A stretch of DNA of 51,147 nucleotides from Trichoplax sp. H2 (taxonomy: Eukaryota), in assembly GCA_003344405.1 (NCBI GenBank), contig NOWV01000314.1:1-51147 (forward strand), given 5' to 3'. Positions 39,223-51,019 of the stretch are shown piece by piece (the first letter of the stretch is position 1; each line of letters starts with the position of its first letter). The notes under the pieces are model-generated. The model saw only the letters and a list, made by a program, of their open reading frames with translations. It had not been told where the DNA came from and searched no databases. The position numbers and the translations under genes were made by a program.

Positions 39223-40913
39223 GGTTATGCTGCTATTTCCTTCAGTACCAATCCCAAATGCCGTCGATCTGTGATAAGGCGTGCCGGTGCCGGTGGCGTA
39301 CACTTACTACACTCTTCCAATTTTATAATCAGCTAACCGACATATCGACTTCTCATAAATGACAATAACGTAGTAGGCCCTTAGGGCGTATGGAGTCTTT
39401 TATTTTGACTTCATTAATTATTCAAGACTTAGCTTGGTCAGAAAATCTCATTTTTACAGATTGTCCAGCAGTACAGTCTAGTACAGTCTAATGATTGCTA
39501 GTCCAGTTGGTGCTAGAGGACAGTCGAGTCCACGATACTGCATGTACTGTACACAACCGTTGACTGCATGCTGTTTCCCGAGGGATCAAAGTATAGTACT
39601 GTCGAAATAAAAAGGAAAAGGGCTTTTCTTGTTCCACTATGGAAGAGAGCCTAAACAATATGCCGGGACAAGTTAAACATTGAGTTATCATTGAATTGGC
39701 CAAAAATCTTGTACAGCCATCGATGGAGTACTGCAAATGTTTACTCAACTAGTCAACTTGATCAATTAACTTAAACTTGAAATTACAGTAGAGTAGACAA
39801 AATGCAGTTTCGCGTTTTTATACAGAATACAATACTGCACTTTGCATATCGGTGTTTTGCGATCATGATATTTTACTTTTCGGCTGCTTTTTACCTGCAG
39901 AGTACTGCAACGGTATATGAGACATGAGAACTAGAATCCCGGTTTACAATTCTACCTGTAAAAATTCTAAAACGCCTAAAGGACTAGACCTTGTATGATA
40001 ATCGTCTATGATCCATGGATGGCAGTCAATAATATTGTTTATAGAAGGCAAGAAACATTCTTTGCAAGGAATTGTTTATTACCATTATAGATATCTGTAT
40101 TACTGTAGAATGTTATATACTCCATTAATTTATTCTACGAAATTACTACGCAGAACATTGATAAAGTCAAAGCTTTCCTTACCAAGCCTATCCATTGACT
40201 GTATCCGATATGACATAATCACGTAGCTAAACCGGATACACAATTGCACGTCCTATTTAATCGCAAAGATAATTGTACATAATAGCCCCAATTCAGGTTT
40301 TAGCCGGAACATATATATATAAACATCTGCATTATGTTTAATATGTTAATACCGTTTGTATATATTATTATTATAATAGAACCGTCATATCAAGCCATAT
40401 ACAATACTGTGGCAAGTAAATGCACACTAAACTGTATTAGCACTCGGTTCCAATGGAACTTATTTTACTAATCTAATATGAAATATATATTTAACCTTAA
40501 CATACCGTACTTATGGTATAATAACTACTGTACAAATTCGCAGTAATTTCATAGATCACTTTAAGGCATAAATTATATCACTATAGCATAAAATTTGGCA
40601 GTAAATCAAGCCTAATATAGCTAAATTTTGTACTAGAGTAAATAATCGTGAAAAGTGTTTGCGTTAGTGTTCGAAAGTAGACAATGTGTCACAGAATTAC
40701 AAATCAAGTATCTTTATTGTAGTTTTTTGCTAAACATAAAAAATTGAATACATATCATTATTTAAAACAGTTGAGGCATCACTTTATACATAAGGCATTC
40801 AAGATATAATCAATAAAACAAAATCAATTTATGGATTTCATAAGCCAGCCAAAATATCATTTTTTTCTCTTATAACATGACTCTATAACTATTTCATAAG
40901 ATCCAAATTACAT

Positions 40914-43900
40914 TTAATGACGTTTATTTCTTAAAGAATAAGAGCGAGTGATTCTCTTTTGCCCTGAAAGTATAATAAAAAGTATACATGTTTCAACTGT
41001 ATCGAGCAATAGATGCTGTGTCCATTAGAACACCAAACTAATTTTTTATACTTTTACAATGTCAAAACAGTAAACCAAATCGTAATCTGCATACCTTGCA
41101 TACTTTCTTCCTGATGCATATTATCCTTGAGCATGATATTGGGTTGATTTTTCCTTTTCCTAGAGCCAGACTTTAATTTCTTAAGGTTACTCTCATCATC
41201 CCTTGAAGCATCTGCAGTCGGTTGTTTGCCATTCTTAGTTGTTGTACCGATTTGGTCCTTGACCTCTTTGGCTTCTACAGTCTTATTGTGTTTCTGTTGT
41301 TCATCATCTTTCAAGATACATTCCTCATTGTTGCCTTTATTACCGTTTATTGATGGAGACGATTTTAACTGATCACTATTGCCTTCGAATTCTTGTGCAT
41401 CATTTGTCTTGCGTAGGATACTGCCTACATATTCATTGTCACTTTCGTCTGATGATATTTTCGCAGATATATCATCAGAGATCTCTGAGTCGTTCTACGC
41501 CAAAAAGTAAATAATACAATTATCTACTATTACCATCGCATTTATTACACAAGCATATTTCGATGCAGTATTAAACGTAGAAGTCTTAATTGAAGATACT
41601 ATTTCAAATGACTTCATAGCTAACTCTAACCTCGTTTTCTTCAGCATCTGTATCTTTGGCAGATTTCTGACTGCTTGTATCACTAAACTATAATATCGAT
41701 ATTCATAATAAGGTAAACGATACAATTTTAAAATTTAACCGGGTATCCTATTCTACTGAAGTCAAACAATACTTTTACCTCCTCCTCAGCAGCTATTTTA
41801 ATATCTGCAGATTTATCCTCAAAGAACAAATCACCCGGCTGTTCCTCATGGCTTTCAACTTGTACTTCTTCTTCTACAGCTAACTATTGATTTAGGTAGA
41901 TTGTATTGCGTTTAATATACCATTATCAACAGATATCTATTTTTTATATTTTAAACAAAAGAGACTAAATTAATTTCATACATTTAATAGCTGTTCAGTA
42001 ACGTCCTCGGGCATATTATGTAATAAATAGTCGGATACTTTTGATCTTGTCCAAGTCTTCTTAATAAAGATTGTTTCCAATAATCTATAAAAACGCAGGG
42101 TCATAACCGAAAAGTTTATAGCAATACTGCTAAAAACTGTATTGAACGATAGCAGTCTTTATACATTAAAACAGAATCATTACTGTTTGTCTTTACGGCT
42201 TAACCAATCATGAAAATTCGTCGGCGCATCAATGACTGCTGATACCTATGTTTAAATTGATACACATATCGTAAATTACCATTTCGAAGACTTAATCTCC
42301 AAAATATCATAACTATAATTTTAATATGCAGCTCATACATATTTCTTAATGTCAAGTATTTCTTTTTCAAACGTTCGTCCTAAACGATGTACACAGATAT
42401 ACCTGAGGAATTCAAGTCGTCATTAGTAATATAGACATTAAAGCTTAGGGTTAAGGTTATATTTACAAATGTACGGGGAATGTCTATTACTTGACATAGG
42501 CAGTACAATCTTGCAAATCAGGTTTCAACAAAATGGCTTGCCTAAGGGAGCGATCAATAGCCCGAATTAATACAAAATATGCAACACAGATAATTGCAAC
42601 TAATGCTTAAACAGTCTGAGATACTTTATTAGTGGTAATAGTTTCCGTTTATCAACCACAGTAGATTGCAGGATGACATCGAAAAGGAATTCCGGACAAC
42701 AACCTGTAAGCGTCAGAAGAGCATTGTTGCAATAGCTGCAAAAAACTAAATATTTATTTAAGAATAACAATCTGGCATAGTTTAATGGTTTGATTAACCG
42801 TTAATTTTCATCAGCACTTACTTATGGTCCGTAAAGTAAAATTTAATGCAGTTACCGATAACTGTTGATTGTTACCGTCGTAGTTTTTGCTATAAGAACA
42901 AATAAAGGTAATTAGTGCTCGCACGTTTAGAATTTTGTTAAGCGTTGCTTGCCTGGAAGTGCAAATATCCAAGTCTATATACAGCGATAGATAGGCCGAG
43001 ATGATATCCAGATACTTAATACGAATAGTTGTATCTGCGTCATATTTAATCTAACGAATAAAGTGAGGCTAAGACTTAATTTATTGATATAAAGATTGCA
43101 AATCGCGGATGTTTTGTTCAGATCTTACATAGTTTCCGAATTTAAAATGAATTAATGTTATAAATTTGGATAGCTTGCTCCTTAGTTCTTCCATATGCTC
43201 CAAGGTTTGTGGAGAAAAAGCTTTGGTTAGGTATTCCGTAGACTCAACAATTACCTCTCTAGATAAGGTAACAAGATGAAATCAACACTACAAGTAACCT
43301 CAACATAACAATTTAGCAATAAGCAAATACGGGATCGTTCGACTTACTTTAATAGGGCTGCCATAATTGGTAAAAAGTCCTGTCATCAATATTAAGCAAA
43401 TTCAGTGACATACATAATCAAACATCTACTCATATTTAAGTAAGTAACATTCTACAAGCCTTATAGTTCCAATCAAGGATCTATAAATGCTGTGCTGTAT
43501 ACCAAAAAGTTTACCTGTACATCCTCCATGGTATATAACCTATTTATAGTTGTTGTTAGTAATTTCGCAGTTGCATCCATGGAGTCTTCATAAGTCTCTT
43601 TCTATTGAGTTATCCAACAAAATTTTTAGCAAGTCTTTTATCTTTTGATTAATGCGATAAATGATTTAGCTTTAACAATAGCCAATTAATTATAGATTTA
43701 ATTTGTTAAAAAGTTAGACGTATAAAATTAACAATTGAGTTACATATATCTGCGCAAGAGATGAAACCACTAGCGATATAGCTTCGGAATTGATATCAGA
43801 TTCAAATAATCCTAGAACTTAATAGTAGTAAGAAATGAGGAAAGTTATTAGTTAAAGCACTGGTTATTTGTTATCTATTAATTGTTACAGGTAATACATA

Positions 43901-44997
43901 GATCAGTAGAGCTTTATTTACGAAGATCAACGCAACTAGATAGCAAATTAGTCGGCGAATAATAGTGACTATGTGACACCCATATCATTTCTTATATTGT
44001 CACAATTCTACTCTATTTAATACAGTCATGAAAAATTTCGAAAATGACTGTATGAATGTCTTGAAATATTGCATGATGTCATAATGGTATTAATAAATCG
44101 CATTGCAGCAGTTTTTGATTTACACACATGCTAAATTTAATCAGGGTATGCTTACGATAATTTTCTTTGCTTTCATTATCTTTCAGCCCTCGCATTATAA
44201 GATCGACGATAGTTTCATATTCTTTACCCTTTAGTATACGCGCTTGCAATTGCTGTAATCGGATAGGAAGCAGTGTTACAAATTGAAAAAAGCACTCTAA
44301 TTGGCAAATCTACGGCTTAATCATTGTGTATGAAAGTATAATAATCAGTTTATAGAATAACGTTACCAATTGAAGCCTTTCTTGATTGTCTTGGTGAAAT
44401 AGTCTATAGAATAGCAAGAAAATGGCAGATCAATCAAGTGGTATAGAATCTCCTCCAATTTCATAGCATAGATTACGATTGCAAAAGTAAAAACTGCGAA
44501 GATGATTGTTTCCTTACTTTATGCCTGAATAATACATATCGATCTACGTATCCATCAGTTATCAAAATGCAACAAAATCCATGCGTAATCATTCAGAGTA
44601 ATAATGAATAAAAGTGCATCCTAAATGATGCAAAGATATTACTAATTCTATTTGAAAACTAAGACCTGCATAACTCTTCCGCTAAACTATTGAAATTCTC
44701 CTGCAATTGTTTCTTGATTTCCCCATCAGGCAAAGAAGAGATTCCACTACGAAACCGCTCTCGTAATTGATCATTTGTTAGTATCCGATCCGCTATAATG
44801 TCAAATGATGAAAATGGGTAAATGGGCCGATGCTTACGGTACGAGTTAGCGTTAGCAATGACGGTTACATTACTTGCAAATTAAATGAATTGTAGTCGAT
44901 TACTGTGATTCAACTTGTACTCAAGGTTACCTTGTAGTAAACGTTCTTTCAGCAATTGCATAAAAGTCTGAGCTAATGATTCTGTTTGGATATCCAT
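40914..44997 (-). CDS. Uncharacterized multi-exon protein (~624 aa): helical N-terminal two-thirds, acidic low-complexity tail with basic NLS-like motifs
   Basis: Exons 44997-44931, 44792-44666, (44524-44518), 44403-44367, 44296-44156, 43811-43744, 43601-43515, 43379-43348, 43258-43129, 43050-42953, 42889-42822, 42745-42625, 42541-42491, 42402-42339, 42245-42184, 42084-41982, 41883-41779, 41687-41631, 41494-41095, 40963-40914. Phases are consistent and give an open 1875-nt frame from MDIQTESLAQ to RITRSYSLRNKRH*. Probable non-coding exon near 45340-45409. Family not recognised; junctions near 44300-44670 are uncertain. Confidence 0.75.
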
Positions 44998-45564
44998 CAC
45001 GTATGCCTATCGTCTAGAATAAAACAATAGGAAGAGGAGTAGGTTAATTCAAAGTGCATGTCTATGTGCGACGTTCGATCAAAGCTACCCGAGGTAACCT
45101 ACTGTATGCAATAATTTAATCTATAATCTTTAGCTACTGTATGTACTCGTATTTTAGAGAGTCGATATTAAAATCTTGCACAGTAATTATACTTGAAATA
45201 TTAATTGATAGCAAAAATGAAGGTAACTGATGAATTGTAAAAAAGAAATGAATCAATGGCAGGTATTTCCATTGGCAGTCATCGCCTCAGTTTTCTATGA
45301 ATCACTTGGCTAAATCCATGCTGAAACAGAATCACTTACTCGGTTTAAGCTTGATCAACTTTGACTTTCCAGTAATTTTTCACCTTCAATTATGGCTAAA
45401 ATGGATCACTAATTAATACTAGAGTATGCACCCACAGAATGCAGATGTTGGGTTCTTTCTTGAGATGAGTGGACAAGCGGCATTCAAATTTATAAATTCA
45501 ACGTGATATTGCTACCTGCTAGTGCTTGATTGCTTGAGGTAGGCGCATCGCCATCGGCAAGCAA

Positions 45565-45785
45565 TATTACAGTCCTGTGCTGTACCGTACAGTACAAACT
45601 ACAGCATCGCCATGGTAAATACTGTAGACGGATTCGCGCGTGCGTACAAGTTACCTCCAATCACAACCATTTACAGTGCTGTGCACTGTACGTTACAATG
45701 TTCAGTACTGTGCATTGTATGTACTGTACAGTACTATACTGTACGTACAGTACAGTACAGTACTGTAGTGTACCGTACTGTACTT
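45565..45785. repeat. CAGTA/TACTG low-complexity, self-complementary repeat
   Basis: For example 'gtactgtacagtactatactgtacgtacagtacagtacagtactgtagtgtaccgtactgtac'. Confidence 0.75.
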
Positions 45786-45927
45786 TGACGCCCGTTGAAC
45801 CTCTAATTTACATTTGATGCAGTTTGTAACTCAGTCAGTCGTAACGTTGTATACTGAAGAAAGTAATATTTAGATGCCTTGGTGAACAAAATTGATCTTC
45901 CGCAACGGTATGGCACGCTTTATAGCC

Positions 45928-46377
45928 ACCGTGTACGCAAGTTTCCTAACCTTAAAAACAGCTTAAAAGCGGACATTGACATAAATTAGAATGATTGAAT
46001 TGAATAACGTAGTGAAATCTAAGCTGCCTCCTTTTAAGGTAATCATTGACTGATCGCTAAGTGTAAAAAAATCTATATTTGATACCGACAGTATAGTTTC
46101 AATCAATCTCGAAGGATGGCGATTGGCACGATTTTACATGGTTTTGGGCCATTTTGTAAAGGAAATTTTGCCAATCGCACCCCTTCCATGCCGATTGAAA
46201 CTACATTGTCGATATCAAATCTGGATTATTTTGTGGCTTAGCGATCAATCAATGATAGCTTGAAAGTACACAACTTGAATTTTAATCCAAAATATTACAT
46301 AATTCAATTTTTCTAATTGATGTAAATGTCCGCTTTTCAGCTGATTTTGAGGTTAGAAACTTCCCTATACAATGGTA
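45928..46377. mobile_element. Foldback/MITE-like imperfect palindrome (~200-bp arms)
   Basis: Left 'aagtttcctaaccttaaaaacagcttaaaagcggacattgacataaattagaa' (45939) matches the reverse complement of ~46310-46362. Inner pairs also match: 'atcattgactgatcgctaag'/'cttagcgatcaatcaatgat', 'atttgataccgaca.tatagtttcaatc'/'gattgaaactacattgtcgatatcaaat' and 'gcgattggca'/'tgccaatcgc'. Confidence 0.7.
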
Positions 46378-46446
46378 TATCTCGTACGTCTGTTTCGAAC
46401 TGTACACTAAATTACTATTACCTTCATCAAAGTGCTTTGCCCTCTA

Positions 46447-46600
46447 ACTTGAAAACGGATGGCCGGACACCCATCTGGAAATGATGAATTGCACCGCCAC
46501 TTGAAAACGGATGGCCGGACACCCACCTGGAAATGATGAATTATACCCGGTACGCCACCTGAAAACGGATGGCCGGACACTATCTGGAAATGATGAATTA
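46447..46600. repeat. Tandem repeat, ~52-57 bp x3
   Basis: 'ac[tc]tgaaaacggatggccggacac..a.ctggaaatgatgaatt' at ~46447, 46499 and 46556. Confidence 0.9.
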
Positions 46601-46882
46601 ATTACTACAGTACTGTACTGTATTATTGAACACAAAGAATAGCTTGAGCAAATATTCTCTTGTTATGATGATTTTATGCAGGCTTATTGATTCCAAAAAG
46701 AATAATTTTGCAATAGCAGTGGTGCTTTGTTCAAATCAATGTAGCGCAACAAAGGTATTAGCCCTTGTCAACTGGTTACTAACTGTTTGCTAAGGACTTG
46801 TTAGGCTGCAAAGACATCGGTTGCTTGTTAATAAACTGACATTGGACTTGCACGTGTACTAAAGAAATGAGCAGTAGAAACC

Positions 46883-47989
46883 ATGGAGGAACATGCAATT
46901 AGAACTGATATTTTCCAATATGATAAAGCTTTTCTTGCCTACAAGAGTTGCAACAATGATCATGAGAGATTGTCTCGATTAAATCATACTTTCTTAAAAC
47001 AACTTCAAGATTTAGGCTTGTTCTATCGTCAGGATCAAGTTACTCTAGTTGGCGATATCGGCTGTGGAGATGGAGAAGCTACCATTACTTACTTAAATAA
47101 TATTGAATTTAAAGGAGGATTAGATATTAGAGCAATGGATAAGCTTGCCCAATTCGCCGGTACACATCAGTCTTCAGTGAAGAATGCCACTTCAGAAGGA
47201 GAAAAAGGACTAGCAAACGAAACTTTCTCGAAAGCTAAACAATCACAGGTGATCCCGTTAAAGAATTACCAAGTAAACTTTGGCGATATGTTGGAAGTTG
47301 ATGTCGCACACCTGTTGTATACAGATGAAGAGATCAAAGAATCAATGAATCGATTTAATCTTGTCTATCTCTCTCACTCGGTCTACTACGCACGCGATCA
47401 ACATAAAAATGGCCGATACGGTGTTACTAATCTTCTAGACAGTGTTGCTACTGATTTATTGGCAGATGATGGTGTAGCAATACTATTCCATGCCGGTCTT
47501 GAATTTGATACATTCACCTCAATTGGCTATTATACTAGAAGCCTAATTCAAAATATTGTTCCAACTGAGGAAGAATACAACAGATTATCTGCTACTCACG
47601 TTATCAGCAATTCTTCCCGTGAATTAGGGTTAACCTATTTTGAGATACCGTACAAGTTCGAGCTGTACTTTTCTAAGGATTGTAAAAAATACGCTGATGT
47701 ATTTAAGGATCCTAGCAGATATCACGAATTACAGAATGATCCTGCAGCATTACAAGACTTGTATAAAATCATATTTATTGCCCATCGCTCACCAGATGAT
47801 CTCTATACAGATCATTCTTCTCGTGGACTAAACAATTTAGTGGATAAAGTACTAGATTGTATTAAGAGAAATGGTAGTATAATTGTATCTGCAAGTATGC
47901 AAGTCATCTTAAGTAGAAAAGCAAGCGACGAATTTAAGCAGAAGATAGAAACAGCTGTTAAAGAATGCCAGAATAAATTTGGTGACTAA
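46883..47989 (+). CDS. Class I SAM-dependent methyltransferase, HNMT-like (copy C), 368 aa
   Basis: VGDIGCGDG, IRAMDK, FNLVYLSHSVYY; good start context (aaaccATGG); uninterrupted ORF. Confidence 0.9.
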   Translation: MEEHAIRTDIFQYDKAFLAYKSCNNDHERLSRLNHTFLKQLQDLGLFYRQDQVTLVGDIGCGDGEATITYLNNIEFKGGLDIRAMDKLAQFAGTHQSSVKNATSEGEKGLANETFSKAKQSQVIPLKNYQVNFGDMLEVDVAHLLYTDEEIKESMNRFNLVYLSHSVYYARDQHKNGRYGVTNLLDSVATDLLADDGVAILFHAGLEFDTFTSIGYYTRSLIQNIVPTEEEYNRLSATHVISNSSRELGLTYFEIPYKFELYFSKDCKKYADVFKDPSRYHELQNDPAALQDLYKIIFIAHRSPDDLYTDHSSRGLNNLVDKVLDCIKRNGSIIVSASMQVILSRKASDEFKQKIETAVKECQNKFGD

Positions 47990-49128
47990 AAGCTAGCATA
48001 ATTGCTGTATCCTCATCTTTCTGCTTGTAGACTGAATTGTTAACATATGACTCTGCACTGAGTGCTGTAGAATATCATCAGCTACAGTAATTTTAATTGT
48101 TACAACTCTCATTGGTACGGCATAGTGTCCAGGTTCGTCCAGTTTTTAGTTAAGCTATTCTTCAAGTTTCATTTTACATTCCTAATACTTAAATAGAGCG
48201 AATTCTAAGTAATAATTGTGCTTAACGATACGTAGTCTAGTAAGGCTAAAATAAGATTATAGGTAGTAATCCTAGTTGTGGATTAGCATTTACAATGAAT
48301 GTGAGTGATTAGGCAAAGATTTCACTCTTTCGCCAATCCTTCCCCTTTTAATTTATTTATAGTTAGTTTATTTTATTATACGTCTACAAGAATTTACGAT
48401 CACCTTCGTGTCTATTTATAGTGGGCTCTCAATATAAGCGTCGTTAAAAACGATAGCGGTCGATAGTAATTAAGCAAATACATCTCGATATTTTTTAATC
48501 ACTTCTTCTTGTTGGTTATAAATTTTTTTAATTATCTTACGTTCGTTTTCTGACCTCTTGGAGACTATACTATCTTATTTAAATGATACTTTGGTATAAA
48601 ATTGATCCTATACACATATTTAACCTTGTTTGGACTAACTATAACAAAGTGGACATTCATTAATCCAATTAATTTAATTTTCGCGCATAACTTTGATATT
48701 GATATCAAGCAATCTCATCATATTGTTGCACTAATATTTTGCTAATCTCATTCTCTCTGCTGTAAGCGTATACACGTATTTTATATGAACTACTCAATCA
48801 AAGAGTTAGTAGACTATAATAAAGTTTAATTTTATTGTCGATGATAACAGCTTTTATTCGGTTTACAAAAAATAACTGGAATGCATTCCGTTCGAATTAA
48901 TATTTAGATACGCTATGATAGTCTCACGAGATCATAATTACTGAAAATGCATCCTTTAGCTACTTTTTATATATGGTATATATATGATACATCATATATA
49001 CTTCATCGTATATATAAGTTGGAGTACAGTACAAATGAACTATCATACCATCACATAGAATGGTACTAAAGACTGTAAATAATTTTAATCCCTCTACGCA
49101 TACATGTATTTGTATTAGCTAGCACGAT

Positions 49129-49224
49129 CTTGCACTCTATTTACTGTATATCCTCGGTAAATGCACCATCAACTTGCACTCTATTTACTGTGTATCCTCG
49201 GTAAATGCACCATCAACTTGCACT
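49129..49224. repeat. 44-bp tandem duplication in the inverted-repeat spacer
   Basis: 'cttgcactctatttactgt[ag]tatcctcggtaaatgcaccatcaa' x2 plus a partial third copy. Confidence 0.85.
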
Positions 49225-49912
49225 ATGAATTTACTAACCCTCATTCTACAAACGGGGTCAAACAATGTCTGATATATTTAATAATATGCTGTACTGTACT
49301 GTAAGATTGACTATAATAATTATTTTAAAAAGATAGTATAGTCTCCAAGAGGTCAGAAAACGAACGTAAGATAATTAAAAAAATTTATAACCAACAAGAA
49401 GTGATTAAAAAATATCGAGATGTATTTGCTTAATTACTATCGACCGCTATCGTTTTTAACGACGCTTATATTGAGAGCCCACTATAAATAGACACGAAGG
49501 TGATCGTAAATTCTTGTAGACGTATAATAAAATAAACTAACTATAAATAAATTAAAAGGGGAAGGATTGGCGAAAGAGTGAAATCTTTGCCTAATCACTC
49601 ACATTCATTGTAAATGCTAATCCACAACTAGGATTACTACCTATAATCTTATTTAGCCTTACTAGACTACGTATCGTTAAGCACAATTATTACCTAGAAT
49701 TCGCTCTATTTAAGTATTAGGAATGTAAAATGAAACTTGAAGAATAGCTTAACTAAAAACTGGACGAACCTGGACACTATGCCGTACTAATGAGAGTTGT
49801 AACAATTAAGATTACTGTAGTTGATGATATTCTACAGCACTCAGTGCAGAGTCATACGTTAACAATTCAGTCTACAAGCAGAAAGATGAGTATACAGCAA
49901 TTATGCTAGCTT

Positions 49913-51019
49913 TTAGTCACCAAATTTATTCTGGCATTGTTTAACAGCTGTTTCTATCTTCTGCTTAAATTCGTCGCTTGCTTTTCTACTTAGGATGACT
50001 TGCATACTTGCAGATAGAGTTATACTATCATTTCTCTTAATACAATCTAGTACTTTATCCACTAAATTGTTTAGTCCACGAGAAGAATGATCTGTATAGA
50101 GATCATCTGGTGAGCGATGGGCAATAAATATGATTTTATACAAGTCTTGTAATGCTGCAGGATCATTCTGTAATTCGTGATATCTGCTAGGATCCTTAAA
50201 TACATCAGCGTATTTTTTACAATCCTTAGAAAAGTACAGCTCGAACTTGTACGGTATCTCAAAATAGGTTAACCCTAATTCACGGGAAGAATTGCTGATA
50301 ATGTGAGTAACAGATATTCTGTTGCATTCTTCCTCAGTTGGAACAATATCGTGAATTAGGCTTCTAGTATAATAGCTAATTGAGGTGAATGTATCAAATT
50401 CAAGGCCGGCATGAAATAGTATTGCTACACCATCGTCTGCCAATAAATCAGTAGCAACACTGTCTAGAAGATTAGTAACACCGTATCGGCCATTTTTATG
50501 TTGATCGCGTGCGTAGTAGACCGAGTGAGAGAGATAGACAAGATTAAATCGATTCATTGATTCTTTGATCTCTTCATCTGTATACAACAGGTGCGCGACA
50601 TCAACTTCCAACATATCGCCAAAGTTTACTTGGTAATTCTTTAACGGGATCACCTGTGATTGTTTAGCTTTCGAGAAAGTTTCGTTAGCTAGTCCTTTTT
50701 CTCCTTCGGAAGTGGCATTCTTCACTGAAGACTGATGTGTACCGGCGAATTGGGCAAGCTTATCCATTGCTCTAATATCTAATCCTCCTTTAAATTCAAT
50801 ATTATTTAAGTAAGTAATGGTAGCTTCTCCATCTCCACAGCCGATATCGCCAACTAGAGTAACTTGATCCTGACGATAGAACAAGCCTAAATCTTGAAGT
50901 TGTTTTAAGAAAGTATGATTTAATCGAGACAATCTCTCATGATCATTGTTGCAACTCTTGTAGGCAAGAAAAGCTTTATCATATTGGAAAATATCAGTTC
51001 TAATTGCATGTTCCTCCAT
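49913..51019 (-). CDS. Class I SAM-dependent methyltransferase, HNMT-like (copy D), 368 aa
   Basis: Differs from copy C at 11 of 368 residues; intact ORF with the same motifs. Confidence 0.9.
   Translation of the reverse strand: MEEHAIRTDIFQYDKAFLAYKSCNNDHERLSRLNHTFLKQLQDLGLFYRQDQVTLVGDIGCGDGEATITYLNNIEFKGGLDIRAMDKLAQFAGTHQSSVKNATSEGEKGLANETFSKAKQSQVIPLKNYQVNFGDMLEVDVAHLLYTDEEIKESMNRFNLVYLSHSVYYARDQHKNGRYGVTNLLDSVATDLLADDGVAILFHAGLEFDTFTSISYYTRSLIHDIVPTEEECNRISVTHIISNSSRELGLTYFEIPYKFELYFSKDCKKYADVFKDPSRYHELQNDPAALQDLYKIIFIAHRSPDDLYTDHSSRGLNNLVDKVLDCIKRNDSITLSASMQVILSRKASDEFKQKIETAVKQCQNKFGD

Noticed and set aside
45530..45817. Cys/Tyr/Thr/Val-rich 95-aa ORF
   Set aside because: Translation of the CAGTA/TACTG simple repeat.
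46447..46600. Three repeats with short variable linkers resembling a CRISPR array
   Set aside because: Linkers are only ~8-14 bp and related to each other, there are no cas genes, and the context is eukaryotic; it is an ordinary minisatellite.
47525..50390. C/D differences as a diversity-generating retroelement template/variable pair
   Set aside because: Differences are not adenine-specific, both copies are full intact genes, and there is no reverse transcriptase in the window.
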